DNA of 27,081 bases from Promethearchaeota archaeon (GCA_048939245.1 JBHLPR010000029.1:1-27081), one strand, 5' to 3'. Shown: positions 1 to 11,700, counted from the stretch's first letter. Translations and numbers: made by a program. Notes: generated by a model from the sequence alone, not told the origin.

Positions 1-155
1 GTAAAGCCGTCCTAGCTGTCCTTCGCAATAATATGGAGGCTTCACAAGTAAATATGTCAAATTTCCAAGAAGCCATTACCTCAACACAACCAAGCATCAC
101 CCAAGTAACCTTAGATCGGTTCACGCAATTTGCTAATCGGTTTCTTGGACAATAA
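1..155 (+). CDS. 3' end (partial) of a CDC48/VCP-like AAA+ ATPase
   Basis: Frame from base 3 reads KAVLAVLRNNMEASQVNMSNFQEAITSTQPSITQVTLDRFTQFANRFLGQ* (TAA 153-155). This resembles the AAA lid and C-terminal 'A..ALR...V...F.EA....PSIT' pattern of CDC48/Vps4-type ATPases. Not in the ORF track. Confidence 0.7.
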   Translation, partial: KAVLAVLRNNMEASQVNMSNFQEAITSTQPSITQVTLDRFTQFANRFLGQ

Positions 156-206
156 TCAAATAATGAAGATGGCAACAATAAATCAAAGAAAAGAAGGATA
201 ATTGCA

Positions 207-1055
207 TTGACCTGGGAACTCGAACCAACCGAAAAATTAACCATCGCAAAGAGCATCCTCCCCAAAGCCGACGAAACCTTACTCCTCGTAGCGAAAGCAA
301 AGATTGCCAAAGGTGTCCGGGCTGGTGGTGAACCCATAATGGTGAAAGGCCAAGATGGTCATTTCATTTTAACTACCTACCGGGCAGCGTTTGTTGCGGA
401 AGTTGAGGGTCTTCCCCCAACTGAGGCCTATAAAGGCGAACTCGAAAAAGCCTTGAAACACAGCAAAGTCTTTTTTAATGTTCCCTTGGTTTATCTTCCC
501 GAACTTCAAGAACATCCCGAGAGCTATTTCAAATGGAAAAAACACATGAATCTAGTAATTGAACGCTCCGATGGAGTACAAGAAGTAGTGTACATCAAAG
601 CCACAGGAGAACTGTTGGATTTTCAGCGCACGAGCCATGATTTCTTCAAGAACTGCTTCACTGGCCCTATCGACTTTTTCACTTTATTAGAAAGTGGGGT
701 CAAACACGAAGCAACAACTGAAAAAGCCATTTATGATCTTATCGGTAAGCGTATCAATCAACAAATGACTGCGGTACCCGAAAGTATGCTTCATAGCTAC
801 AAGAAAAAAGCACAATCTCGGTTTACTGCTTTCGTATCTTTTCTCGGGAAAAAGGGACAAGGCGGATATTATGATGCAGTTGCACGAACCATTGCTCTTC
901 GCGGGGATCATGTTCACATTTCACTGGACTGGATTGCTCACTCAACAAACACAACAATACAACAGAAAACCCTGCAATTCATTGAAGAATGGCGAACTAA
1001 AGAAGAGGCAAAAGCGGAGCGTCTCGGAGACCGCTATGAAATCACTGGATTTTAA
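207..1055 (+). CDS. hypothetical protein, possible N-terminal PH-like/GRAM-like domain
   Basis: 282-aa ORF, TTG start after AAGGA. The segment 'GHFILTTYRAAFV' resembles the G-x-L-x-L-T-x-x-R-x-x-F signature of PH-like domains; the domain call is tentative. Confidence 0.6.
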   Translation: MTWELEPTEKLTIAKSILPKADETLLLVAKAKIAKGVRAGGEPIMVKGQDGHFILTTYRAAFVAEVEGLPPTEAYKGELEKALKHSKVFFNVPLVYLPELQEHPESYFKWKKHMNLVIERSDGVQEVVYIKATGELLDFQRTSHDFFKNCFTGPIDFFTLLESGVKHEATTEKAIYDLIGKRINQQMTAVPESMLHSYKKKAQSRFTAFVSFLGKKGQGGYYDAVARTIALRGDHVHISLDWIAHSTNTTIQQKTLQFIEEWRTKEEAKAERLGDRYEITGF

Positions 1056-1117
1056 CCTTCCACCAATAGTTATTTGAAGTTAGAAGTATTCGCACATATG
1101 AGAAGGAGGCTTTCATC

Positions 1118-2380
1118 GTGGCAAAAACTGTCTGTTTAATGGCATCTGACCCCCACTTGGGACCACATCCCAGTATCCCAATCGGTGATGTTGGTAGCCA
1201 AAATTATTGGACACAAATGATTCAAGCACCCCACAAGGATCGGGGCGCTCAAGCAATCCGGGCCATCCGACGGCTCACACGTCTCGCAGCGTTTGGTGGA
1301 TTTTCTACTGGGAAAACCATCACACGAAAACTTCTCTCTGGCACAGAGATTCAAGAATCTGATTCCAGGTTACCTATGTTTATCTATCATCCACCGGATT
1401 TGGAACGGGATATGGAACAAATCGAGATCCTTGAAAAGGATGCAAAAATCTTTGTCCCCCCTGACTGGCTTTGTTGTGCGTATGGCGAAGAATTCAACAA
1501 TGGTAATCGCGAATTCAAAGTCTATGAAGTCTGGGAACCGAGTGAAACACCCTATTCGATAGAGACCTTTCCATCACCTTTGATTAAGACAGGTTGGCGC
1601 GGTCAGGGCTTCAAAGCCAACATTGTTTACATTTACACAGGCCGCGTACATGTCTATGCGAATACCGGAGTGACCCAAACATCCGATTTAGCACGTCTTA
1701 CTTGGACCGGGAAATCGTGGCGACGAGAAGAATTTGATATCCCAGTGAAGTCAGGTGTGGGTAAGGAAGCAAAAACCATTTATCAAAGATCAGTTCGCCT
1801 TCAGGAACCGTATGGGCTTCTTTTCGCCTTCGTGGTGGACAATGCTCGTGAACTCATTGAAATGCTTCATGAACAACGCATTCCTATGAATTCACAAGAA
1901 CTCGTTGAATACCTTAAGACGTTGATCGATAATGTGATGCGTGACAAATTTTCTGAACATGAATTCATGAGCGCATTACGTGATGAGGCAGAAATTCGTG
2001 ACGAGGTACGCCAAATTGTTGCAAAAGCATTCAACCGACTTGGATTGAACCTCGTTTCTCTTTCAGCAGGGGTCCTTTCCATCGAAGAGAAGTTGTGGGA
2101 TCGCTTCTTTTACTGGCGAGTAGCTGGTGTCCATCCTGCTCAAGTACTTTGGGCTGAGAAATCAGTAGAAATCGCTGAAAAGACTGGACAAGCCCCTACA
2201 TTACCTGCGACTATTCCCACCGGTCCGCTAGCAGAAGCTGAACGCAAGCTCCGTGAACGCGTACCAGCTAAGTCTTCTCGTCGAGAACGTGAAAAAGCTG
2301 CTATTAAAGAAAAATCAACCAAATCTACATCAAAGGAAGAAATTAAGGAAGAATCAACAGAACCTGAAGACGACGATTAG
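1118..2380 (+). CDS. SPFH/band 7 domain protein (YdjI-like, soluble) with charged C-terminal tail
   Basis: GTG start with AGGAGG RBS. Pattern 'YGLLFAFVVDNARELIEML...LIDNVMRDKF...IRDEVRQIVAKAFNRLGLNLVSLS' fits the SPFH core. No obvious TM helix; K/E-rich tail. Confidence 0.65.
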   Translation: MAKTVCLMASDPHLGPHPSIPIGDVGSQNYWTQMIQAPHKDRGAQAIRAIRRLTRLAAFGGFSTGKTITRKLLSGTEIQESDSRLPMFIYHPPDLERDMEQIEILEKDAKIFVPPDWLCCAYGEEFNNGNREFKVYEVWEPSETPYSIETFPSPLIKTGWRGQGFKANIVYIYTGRVHVYANTGVTQTSDLARLTWTGKSWRREEFDIPVKSGVGKEAKTIYQRSVRLQEPYGLLFAFVVDNARELIEMLHEQRIPMNSQELVEYLKTLIDNVMRDKFSEHEFMSALRDEAEIRDEVRQIVAKAFNRLGLNLVSLSAGVLSIEEKLWDRFFYWRVAGVHPAQVLWAEKSVEIAEKTGQAPTLPATIPTGPLAEAERKLRERVPAKSSRREREKAAIKEKSTKSTSKEEIKEESTEPEDDD

Positions 2381-2421
2381 CACCCAAGATAGAAAGTGAA
2401 CTGAACAAGGAAGACCTCAAT

Positions 2422-2979
2422 ATGACCTCTGAAGAAGTTACTCCGCCCAAAAAACTTCCACTCTTTTCCGGACCGCTTATCCCTATTATATATCTCCGAC
2501 TTGTAGAGGCATTATCCGTTGAGCACGCAGGCAATCCTACAGCTATTGAGGCGGCACTTCACTCTCTTGGAAAGACGATGGCTACTCCCCTATTAATGGG
2601 GCTAGTAAGTCGTTATGGAGAGTCACAGAAGGAATTCTTTCCCAATTCTCCAGATCTTTTTCTAAATCGGGTCGACGAATACCTTGCTCGGAATTGGGAA
2701 CTTGCCACCGGAAATCTACCGGACTCGATGGAATTCACCGACGATAGAACGCTCCTTCTTCGAACAGAGTCCTGTCCCATCTGCTCTCAGGATACTTTCG
2801 AAGCGGAAATGGACTTACGATATTGTGAGATCGTCTCGGGGATGCTTGAAGGGCTTCTTCAAAGCTGGATTGAGAATCTTAAGGTTCCTTTCATTGCCCG
2901 TGTAACTCAAATCGCCGGACGCCTACAAGGCGATCCCCAGTGTGTTTTTCAGATTCGTTTTACAGATGAAACGAGCTAG
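2422..2979 (+). CDS. V4R-domain (4-vinyl reductase / Bet3-TRAPP-like fold) protein
   Basis: Motifs CPIC, YCEIVSGMLEG and GDPQCVFQI typical of V4R domains; 185 aa. Confidence 0.8.
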   Translation: MTSEEVTPPKKLPLFSGPLIPIIYLRLVEALSVEHAGNPTAIEAALHSLGKTMATPLLMGLVSRYGESQKEFFPNSPDLFLNRVDEYLARNWELATGNLPDSMEFTDDRTLLLRTESCPICSQDTFEAEMDLRYCEIVSGMLEGLLQSWIENLKVPFIARVTQIAGRLQGDPQCVFQIRFTDETS

Positions 2980-3003
2980 ATGTATCATTACTTCTGTGTG
3001 CAA

Positions 3004-4836
3004 TCAACTTAATTTGGTAACTTTCTCAAGCTCAGGAATAACCCATTCTAGTCCTTGTTCAGTCAGTCGGCTTTTGGTTGGGATCCCGCGTGCATCCCAA
3101 CCACGTTTTTGATAATACCAGGAGAGCATCTTTTCATACCCCGCCATGTCTAATTTGGTACCTGATAACGGACCACATGTTAGAGGATCCTTAAACCAAC
3201 GAGCGGGGGGATAGTCCATTGATCGTTCCCAGTCACCATTTTGTTCGCGTACACCATAGGCCCGCACTAATGAATAGACGCGATCCGCTAGGGTCCAAAA
3301 GTCATCCAGGGTCCATTTCAGACCTGTAGCGGCAACAAAATACTTAGGATACCATTCCAGGTCGAATCCTATTTCAATCCAGGGGAAACGGCATCCTACA
3401 AGTTGTTCAAACAGTCCACCACGAATTCGTTGAAGTTCAATGACCTTATCCACTTTGCTTTCATCATAAGATTCGCGACCCACATCTACTTCATAGGTGA
3501 TAATCCAACTCTCTTTATGATGTGCTCCAATTGAACACACCCCAAACGCCAAGGCCATACCAGGTGCGGCATGACAATCATAACCTGAGATTTCTAAGCC
3601 CTTAATCTGCATGGCAAAATCAATGCTGTTCTTTCCTAATTGCTTGGCAAAGGCGCGTGTGCCTTCCGCGAGTTTCTGACCTAAATTGCCTCTCCGAAAA
3701 GCAATATCTGAGATTAGCTGTTTTGTAGCGTGAAAATCGCCCCAATCTAACTTCTCATCCAGAATTCCCTTTTCAGAAGCCTCCATTGCAAAGCCAATGG
3801 TGTTTCCTAAAGAAATCGTATCAAGCCCATATTCATCTGCTAATCGATTTAACGTAGCTACTTCACGTAAGTCACGCATACCAATATTTGATCCTAGAAG
3901 CGCAACATTCTCATAATCCAGTTCAGCCGACTTGCCCTCCGAATCTTTGATACAGTGGCCACACTGCATGGTACAATGAGGGCAGCCATGGGTGTTCTCT
4001 TTCATTTTCTCCAGAGTGTCTCCGTTCAGGGCTTCGGCATGTTCAAACTGTCCTTCTTTGAAGTTGTAACTGGGAAGAACACTATATTCTTGACACCACG
4101 TGTGAATCAGCATCGTCCCTTGGGTCATCCAGTGGTCGTAACTTGGCTTCTCACGAATGTCTTTGAAGCCGTCACGGCCAAGTTGACGAAAAGTTTGGGG
4201 GTCCGCAATCTCTGGGCTCGAAGTACCTTTCGCCACTAGGGCTTTCAAGTTCTTGGAACCCATTACAGCTCCTATCCCAGGACGTCCTCCAGCCCGTCCC
4301 ATCATTGAACGTACCACTGCATATTTCACCAGATTCTCCCCACCCTGACCAATCATCAAAGTCCCGATATTCTTTCCATGTTCATCCTCAAGCTTTTGTT
4401 CGGCTTCAAAAGCTCCCTTTCCCCACAATGAATCAGCATCGAGAATACTTACTTCAGCATCTTCGATCAGAATATAGGAGGGGTTCTCGGCCTTTCCTTC
4501 GATTATGACAAAGTCATAGCCTGATCGCCGGAGTTGGGAACCAAAATGCGATCCCAAGTTTCCGTCGCCATAAATGCCCGTTAACGGGCTTTTGGACGCG
4601 ACTACGGTCTTTCCCACATTTGGCATCGAAAGGCCTGAAAGTGGTCCCACTGCGGCAATGAATTTATTCCCTGGTGAAAGTGGTTCTGTTCCATGTGGAA
4701 CCTCGTCCCATAAGGTTTTGATGGCAAATCCTCGGCCACCTACAAACTGCAAAGCCAGCTCTTTCGGATATGCTTCTGTAGTAGCCTTCTTATTCGTGAG
4801 GTTAACGCGTAATAACTGTCCAGTCCAGCCCTTCAT
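3004..4836 (-). CDS. aor: tungsten-containing aldehyde:ferredoxin oxidoreductase family protein
   Basis: 610 aa; GWTGQLLRVNLT N-terminus, KSPLTG, GRAGGRPGIGAVMGSKNLKA, CxxCxxxC (CPHCTMQC), DEYGLDTIS, YYQKRGWD..GIP. Confidence 0.95.
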   Translation of the reverse strand: MKGWTGQLLRVNLTNKKATTEAYPKELALQFVGGRGFAIKTLWDEVPHGTEPLSPGNKFIAAVGPLSGLSMPNVGKTVVASKSPLTGIYGDGNLGSHFGSQLRRSGYDFVIIEGKAENPSYILIEDAEVSILDADSLWGKGAFEAEQKLEDEHGKNIGTLMIGQGGENLVKYAVVRSMMGRAGGRPGIGAVMGSKNLKALVAKGTSSPEIADPQTFRQLGRDGFKDIREKPSYDHWMTQGTMLIHTWCQEYSVLPSYNFKEGQFEHAEALNGDTLEKMKENTHGCPHCTMQCGHCIKDSEGKSAELDYENVALLGSNIGMRDLREVATLNRLADEYGLDTISLGNTIGFAMEASEKGILDEKLDWGDFHATKQLISDIAFRRGNLGQKLAEGTRAFAKQLGKNSIDFAMQIKGLEISGYDCHAAPGMALAFGVCSIGAHHKESWIITYEVDVGRESYDESKVDKVIELQRIRGGLFEQLVGCRFPWIEIGFDLEWYPKYFVAATGLKWTLDDFWTLADRVYSLVRAYGVREQNGDWERSMDYPPARWFKDPLTCGPLSGTKLDMAGYEKMLSWYYQKRGWDARGIPTKSRLTEQGLEWVIPELEKVTKLS

Positions 4837-4987
4837 ATCAACACCGCATAAACTGAATCTTGCACTCAGTCAGGTGAGATTCCACAAATAGCTTTCGCAG
4901 AAACACACACCTAGAAAAACAGGAGAAAATTCTGTTTCACTGCTTGAAGCATAGACATTTATGAAAGGGAAACTCCAAATCACAATC

Positions 4988-5431
4988 ATGAGTAAATCAT
5001 CTGCTGATTGTGCCTTTTGTAAAATCGCCGCAAAACAGCTTCCTGCAAACATTGTCTATGAGGATGATGAGATTCTCGCTTTTCTTGACATCCGTCCAAT
5101 CAATCCCGGTCACACACTGGTCATTCCAAAGGAACATTCTGCAAGTTTAAAAGAACTTGATTTAAAACTTGGTGGTCGCTTATTCCAAGTCGCAGGACGT
5201 ATCGCTGCTGCGCTCCGCAAATCTGGAATTCGATGTGAAGGAATCAACGTCTGGCTTGCAGATGGGAAAGCCGCATTCCAAGAAGTCCCCCATATTCACA
5301 TCCACGTTATACCCCGATTCGAAGGGGATGGGCTGCGTCTCCAGACTGGACCCGATTATGGAACAACACCACCACTTGAAGAAATGCAAAAACAAGCAAC
5401 CGAAATCCGCAAAGCGCTCAAATCCCTGTAA
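4988..5431 (+). CDS. HIT family nucleotide hydrolase
   Basis: CAFCKI, FLDIRPINPGHTLVIPKEH and QEVPHIHIHVIPR histidine triad. ATG 4988 fits the family N-terminus better than 4961. Confidence 0.95.
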   Translation: MSKSSADCAFCKIAAKQLPANIVYEDDEILAFLDIRPINPGHTLVIPKEHSASLKELDLKLGGRLFQVAGRIAAALRKSGIRCEGINVWLADGKAAFQEVPHIHIHVIPRFEGDGLRLQTGPDYGTTPPLEEMQKQATEIRKALKSL

Positions 5432-5512
5432 CCGGAAGAATATGCCCTGAAACGAAGGCTCAAATACTCGAAACATTGGATTAACCATCACATAGAGAAG
5501 GTCCTGATATCC

Positions 5513-7144
5513 ATGAAAACACGTGGAGCATTGTTCCTCGTTACTTCAATACTCATGGTTGGACTAGCAACTTCGCCCTTTTTCACTGCTCAAACACCTC
5601 TCAAGATTAAGGCAACACCTCTCGCCCTCGGTGATCCTTGGAGTGTGCTGTGGATGCACCCCAATTACTATTATGGGTTTACTGCCATTGCAACTACCGC
5701 TAGTGCGGTCTTTATCGCGGGGACGATATGTAATGCAGGACCGGCAATGATTGATATCTTCGATAATAATATCATTCTTCTGAAATACACAAATGAAGGA
5801 GAACTCCTTTGGAATAAAAGTTGGGCTACCTCACACGATAACTCTGCTCCCTCATACGATGAAGTTCCATATGCTCTCGCACTATCGGTAGATGCACTTT
5901 ATCTAGCAGGGGAAACAACGACTGGTCCCTACGGCACCAATGGGCTGCTTATTAAATTAGATTTCGAGGGGAATCAACTCTGGAACATCTCATTTGGAAA
6001 TTTCTACACTGAAGAGTTTACATGCATTGGGATTGGAAGTGATGGAGTTTATGTTGGCGGTATCTTATGGAGAACAGGTACAGATGGTGATGCATTAATT
6101 GCGAAATTTGATTTTAATGGAAATGAGCTTTGGTCAGAAGTTTGGGATATGGCCGCTGTTGACCAAGCATACGGAGTTGCAGTTGGGTCAGATGGAGTAT
6201 ATCTTGTAGGTGATTTTGGACCTACATTGGATGGGACATCGAATAATGCCTTTCTTGCCAAATACTCCTTCACCGGTGTCCAGATGTGGAACAGTACCTG
6301 GGGTGGTTTACAAAAAGATCTTGCCCGTGCTGTGACTGTAAATGATACCAGTGTATATGTTACCGGTTCTACTAATTCTTTCAGCCCTATCTCATCGGGG
6401 GCATTGTTTCTACGGAAATACAACAGCACAAACAGCTTGTTATGGGAAGTGATTGATACTACTGGATTAGATCATGAAGGAATCGGACTCTCCGCTAGTG
6501 AGGATACGACCTATGTTGGGAGTAAATATGGGGACCCTGCTGCGGGATATCAGGTCAATCTTCTTAATTTTAATGCTACGGGGGAACTCAATTGGAAACG
6601 TGCATGGGGTGGAGCTGGGAATTGCCAACCTTATGGATATGCTCCTAGCGATGATGGCTACTATTTCGCTGGGTCTACACGTGGCTGGCTTACTCCATTA
6701 ACTAATGGTTTTTTCGTGAAGTATGGGGCAGATGGTGAGGTGAGTCCTGGTCCAGTGGAATTATTCGAACCCACCTTCCTCAACCCATACGGCTCTCTCA
6801 TCCTTTCCTGGACTCAAGCCTTTGATCCTAATAGCACCATCGATGGCTATGAGTTACAAATGGATTCAACACCGTTCTTTAACATCCCTGACAGAACCTG
6901 GAACGTTAATACCACGAACCTTGTTCTTTCAAATCATCCACCTGGAACATACTATTTCCGACTCCGCGCTCGAGACCACACTCCTCTCTTTGGTCCCTGG
7001 AGCAATCTAATTGAGGTCACAATAAGCCTTGTTCCACCTGCCCTTTTCAATCCCTGGCTAGCCCCATTAGTACTCGTACTCGGCATTTTAGTAGTAGTCG
7101 CGATAACACTCTGGATTTTCATTCGCCAAAGGCGCTTTCAATGA
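5513..7144 (+). CDS. secreted, membrane-anchored beta-propeller repeat protein with a fibronectin type III-like domain
   Basis: N-terminal signal peptide; about 7 repeats of 'xYxxGxT...xxLxKYxxxGxxxWxxxWG'; FN3-like 'LSWT...IDGYELQ...GTYYFRLRARD...GPWS'; C-terminal TM followed by RQRR. Confidence 0.85.
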   Translation: MKTRGALFLVTSILMVGLATSPFFTAQTPLKIKATPLALGDPWSVLWMHPNYYYGFTAIATTASAVFIAGTICNAGPAMIDIFDNNIILLKYTNEGELLWNKSWATSHDNSAPSYDEVPYALALSVDALYLAGETTTGPYGTNGLLIKLDFEGNQLWNISFGNFYTEEFTCIGIGSDGVYVGGILWRTGTDGDALIAKFDFNGNELWSEVWDMAAVDQAYGVAVGSDGVYLVGDFGPTLDGTSNNAFLAKYSFTGVQMWNSTWGGLQKDLARAVTVNDTSVYVTGSTNSFSPISSGALFLRKYNSTNSLLWEVIDTTGLDHEGIGLSASEDTTYVGSKYGDPAAGYQVNLLNFNATGELNWKRAWGGAGNCQPYGYAPSDDGYYFAGSTRGWLTPLTNGFFVKYGADGEVSPGPVELFEPTFLNPYGSLILSWTQAFDPNSTIDGYELQMDSTPFFNIPDRTWNVNTTNLVLSNHPPGTYYFRLRARDHTPLFGPWSNLIEVTISLVPPALFNPWLAPLVLVLGILVVVAITLWIFIRQRRFQ

Positions 7145-7227
7145 ATGTGACAGATTAATTGAATATACACTGCCTCAAAGGTTCACAGTCAGTTTCGAGA
7201 CCTTACTTATTTTTAGAATCCCATTGA

Positions 7228-7779
7228 TCATACTTTTGGGAGTATCCGCTTTCCACGGGGAATAATGAAGGGTACCGCTTCTCGGTATGTACCATATGTA
7301 TCGCCAAAGCGTCGTAACAGTTCAACTTCCTCATACCCAAGTAAGGCGAGTTGAAGGGGTGTAAAGAGAATGGCAATAATCAGAAAGGGTACAAAGTCAA
7401 ACATTAAAGCAAATGCTGGAGTTGCTAGAATAAAGCCTAATGTCTGGGGATGACGGCAATAAGAATATGCTCCCTCGGTCACAAGCGTTGAAGTACGCCT
7501 ACTAAGACCAATCTCACCACCTTGTGCCCGATCCCAGCCCAGAGATATTACTCCCCACACAATAAACATAATCGCAAAAATAAGTAGAATCATCCCACCT
7601 AATAACTCAATAAGCCGCCACGGATTCAACAGACTAGCTCCAGGAAGCAATTGCCATGGAATCTGCGGGAGATACCAAGTCAAGAGAATCGCGATAGCAA
7701 CTATCACAAAGTAGAGAATATTCGGTAAAATGACAATTATCGCCTGTCTTTTTGATATACGCCGTATTGATTCAGCCAT
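7228..7779 (-). CDS. isoprenylcysteine carboxyl methyltransferase / PEMT family membrane protein
   Basis: Hydrophobic helices plus 'LVTEGAYSYCRHPQTLG' and 'EEVELLRRFGDTYGTYREAVPFIIP'. Confidence 0.9.
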   Translation of the reverse strand: MAESIRRISKRQAIIVILPNILYFVIVAIAILLTWYLPQIPWQLLPGASLLNPWRLIELLGGMILLIFAIMFIVWGVISLGWDRAQGGEIGLSRRTSTLVTEGAYSYCRHPQTLGFILATPAFALMFDFVPFLIIAILFTPLQLALLGYEEVELLRRFGDTYGTYREAVPFIIPRGKRILPKV

Positions 7780-7940
7780 AAAGGGTCCTCCGCTATTTTA
7801 GTCTGGAAGCGGATTTAGAAGCGCTTAGTTATCAGTTATATCTGCGACGAGTAAATAAATCCCTGCAATAAACATACCCTCAGTCGATTGATGACGAATG
7901 GTCACTCTCAAAGTATCCAACTCACTTGAGGAATCACCCT

Positions 7941-8663
7941 ATGGACAACCGTGCCAAAGCTGCAGAACTGATACGAACCGCAAAACACCTTGTTGCCCTT
8001 ACAGGTGCCGGTATTTCCCAGGAATCCAATGTCCCCACCTTCCGAGGAAAAGACGGTCTTTGGAAACACTATAACGTGATGGACCTTGCCACCCCCCAGG
8101 CTTTCAACCGGAATCCCGAACTTGTTTGGGAATGGTATGCTTGGCGTCAAAACCTAATAGCGCAATGTAACCCCAATCCCGCCCACTACACACTAGTGAA
8201 ATGGGAAAAAAATCAAATTCTCAAATCACTGATTACCCAAAACGTTGATGGTCTCCACCGAAAAGCAGGCTCAACCAAGGTACTTGAAGTCCACGGTAAT
8301 ATCTGGTCACTCAAATGCACCCAATGCTCCTATCATGCTCAGATTACACAACCTGCCCAAAGCCTTCCCCGCTGTCCCAAATGTAAAGTGAACCTCCGCC
8401 CTGATGTGGTCTGGTTCGGTGAAAGTCTGCCATCCCAAATCATGATTCAAGTATACACGGAACTTCACAACGCAGATGCTATTTTAGTAATCGGTACCTC
8501 CGCCTTGGTTCAGCCCGCTGCCTCATTTCCCTTTCTCGTTAAACGTCAAGGTGGATGCATTCTTGAAATTAACATTGAGGAAACCCTTCTCACATCTGCC
8601 GTTGATATTCACTTATCCGGAAAAGCAGCTGAAATCCTTTCCCAACTCGATCAGCTTCTCTGA
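7941..8663 (+). CDS. cobB: NAD-dependent protein deacylase (sirtuin, class III)
   Basis: GAGISQESNVPTFRG, TQNVDGLH, VHG, two CxxC pairs, RPDVVWFGE, GTSALVQPAA. ATG 7941 is the likely start. Confidence 0.95.
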   Translation: MDNRAKAAELIRTAKHLVALTGAGISQESNVPTFRGKDGLWKHYNVMDLATPQAFNRNPELVWEWYAWRQNLIAQCNPNPAHYTLVKWEKNQILKSLITQNVDGLHRKAGSTKVLEVHGNIWSLKCTQCSYHAQITQPAQSLPRCPKCKVNLRPDVVWFGESLPSQIMIQVYTELHNADAILVIGTSALVQPAASFPFLVKRQGGCILEINIEETLLTSAVDIHLSGKAAEILSQLDQLL

Positions 8664-8733
8664 TTTTGCAGGAAAACCCTTCTCATTCATTACCTCTGTA
8701 TTCTAAGAGCAATTAGCTTGTCAGCAGCTTTAC

Positions 8734-11700
8734 CTACCTATCAACATTTCGTTGGTTTCTCTGCTTTTCTCGCCTTCGACGAATCAAGCGTACTGAAATC
8801 ACAATTAGGATAACGATTACAATAAGTAACAGGAATATGGATGGCAGATTCAACACAATGAGGTTCCAAATATAATAAACAGGGTCAATCGGTATCTCAC
8901 TCGATCTGAATATAGTGATTTCAACACCACTAATTATAATCCCCTCCTCATAGCCTGTAATTACATATGTTCGCTGGAAATTCGAAGCAGTAATGGCTCC
9001 AGGTGTAATAAATTCCAAGGCTGGGTGGTCTCCAAAAACGGATGGGCCTTCAGAATCTGGCGGTCGCGTAATGACAGCTATCCATTCTGTATCGATGTCT
9101 TTTTCGGTGCTCCAATTTAAAGATAAACGAGGAATTTCCCTGAATAACGGAATATCAACTTCTCCAGTGTTATGGAATAAAGTACCAATATAGAGAATCT
9201 CATAATTCTCGACTCCAATGTTGTTATAAGGATTCGCATCCTCTGGGTGATTTATTGTTACGCGGATGCATACATCCATTTCTTCGGTTATATGGAAGGG
9301 TGCAAGGAACGTTGTAATGCCATTTCCTGGGACGTTAAATGGTCCTGATTCTGCTATTTTGGTCCATTCTTTCTGCCCAATTCCCCACCCGCTCCATTCA
9401 AACAGCACAGTTGTGCCATGCGCATCTTCCGGAGAAATATTACGCACATCAGCTTCAATCATATAAAGGCTGGGAGGAATCAATTCAAATGTACCCACAG
9501 GAATTTGTGAAAGAATGCTCTTTACACGGATACACGGATTATTCCACCTAGGATTTGCATCGCTTCCGGATCCCGCAGGATTTAGATACCAAGTTGATTC
9601 ATCCCACTGAGAATAAATTACTAAGTCAGGTCGATTATCCCAACGACCGAATGCAACGCTTGCGCACCGATCGGATTGATGTGCAACAATGGTCTCTTGA
9701 GGCGCACTCCCAAAAGGAACAGAGATTACCTCATCAAAAGATGAGGTCTGAATATCAAATATATATAATTCTCTGAAAACTCCGAAATCAATCTTCACCT
9801 CTTCTTGTGGATTGAAATTCTCTCCATGTATAACTATGTCTGTTCCAGTCACTCCATCTTCAGGTGTAGCAGTTATCCACGCTTTTTGTGAGCATACAAC
9901 TATTTCATCCTGAAAAGGGATGAAATCTTTATGAGTCACTGTAATAGTCAGCGCCTCACTTTGCAATGGAACAATAGTACACTCTGCTACTCCCTCTCTA
10001 TTTGTATAAAACACATCATGCACAGTGGTTCCGTGCACACAGACTTTTGCTGATTGAACTCGTTGCTGAGTATCTTGAGAGGTTACTGTCACCCAGAATG
10101 ACTGGGGACCACCAAATCCAATCTGATCATTATAGCTTACCACAAGCTCTTGCGGTTTTTGAGTATAGATAGCTAATTCGGGGTCTCCAAAGAGATGATA
10201 CATTTCAAAGGTCAATTGCGAAAGGATTGCCTCTTGTGTAAAGGCGTTGAAACACATCATTTTGCCAAACCACATCATCTGGCCAAGGGTCAACCGCTCG
10301 CCCGCAGAATATTCTTCGTCAAAGCCATCCCATAATGCATCAATCATACCCGTAAGAAAGAATTTGTTTGATCGTAATTCAGATAACCGCGTTGCACCAA
10401 TCGCGGCAATTGCCCCTTTATTGTTGCCTAATCGAGTGATCTCTTCACAGAATGCATCAACATTTGGGTTAAACCCTTCTTCGTAAAAGCCTGAATATGG
10501 TTGTGTTGTTGATTCATTATCAGTTTCTCCATCAAACCATCCTGTATTGCACGCTAAGCTCAAGACAAGGGGCCATTCATGATACCCTACCATAACATCA
10601 ACAAAATCCTCTGTATAAAAAGCTGGGTCCCACCACCCGTCAAATTCTGGTGAAGTTCCATAAAAGCTATAATAATTTTGTGCATTCCCATGGCCGTAAT
10701 AATAAACGAGGGTATTTCCCGCAGCTATCTTCGTCTTCACTTCGTCAACAGCAGTTTCTGTGAAAGTATTCTTCGCAATATCTAAACTGGTTAGATATTC
10801 ATTGATATAGTTCATCGTATCAAAATGGCTGAAGTCATTACCAGCGAGTGATGTTATTGTCCGGTAAAAGTTAGGATCAGTTGGTGGGGATTTTTCGTAA
10901 TCAATGATCTTGTTCTTCATTGTTAAAACATCGGAGATCGAGTCGACAGATAGACGACCATAATGGATATCGGGGACATAATCAGGGCCATCAACGGTGA
11001 AGTAAGGTAAGTCCGTCCCGATGCCTGCTAAATGCATTTCATGCCACATCCCATAATGTGGAGGGATGTGATCGGAATCTCCCACAAATAGCACATAAGA
11101 TGGAGCAGGATTCCAATTATCATAAGCGAATTTAATATAGTCCGTCAGGTCGTCAACCTTTTCTTGGTAAGTATCACTCCCTGGCTTGAATATTTCTTCA
11201 ACAGTAGTGATTTTTGTAAGGTACCCTTTCTGTTGCTTCCAATCAGCTAGCTCCTGAACAGCATTCTTGAATTCGTCGGTCGTAATAATGAGATAGTCTG
11301 CAGCTTCTACCGCTTGTGCGGGTTCCGATTTTCGTAGCGGCATTGGAACTGAAGGGAAGGAGATACTCTGATAATTCAATACAGTGTGCTCCAATAATGT
11401 CTCAAAGGCTGGGGATACAAGTCTTGTATCTACTGGAGCAATTGGAGTATTCTGAAAATTTAGACCAATTCGTATTTCTGAAAATATTTTGCAACTATTA
11501 GTCAGACCATTGAATTGAACGGGTAGGATATTAAGAGCTACCACACGATGTCCTCGAATAATGATTGGATTATTGTGTTGTCCCCCTGAAAGATACGCTA
11601 CTCTTGTAGGAAACCATAAACTCGAACCAGGAAAATAGGTTGTGAGGTTTTGTTGGAACGATGGGGGATTAAAATCAGGATGATCAAAATGTGGTCCCTG

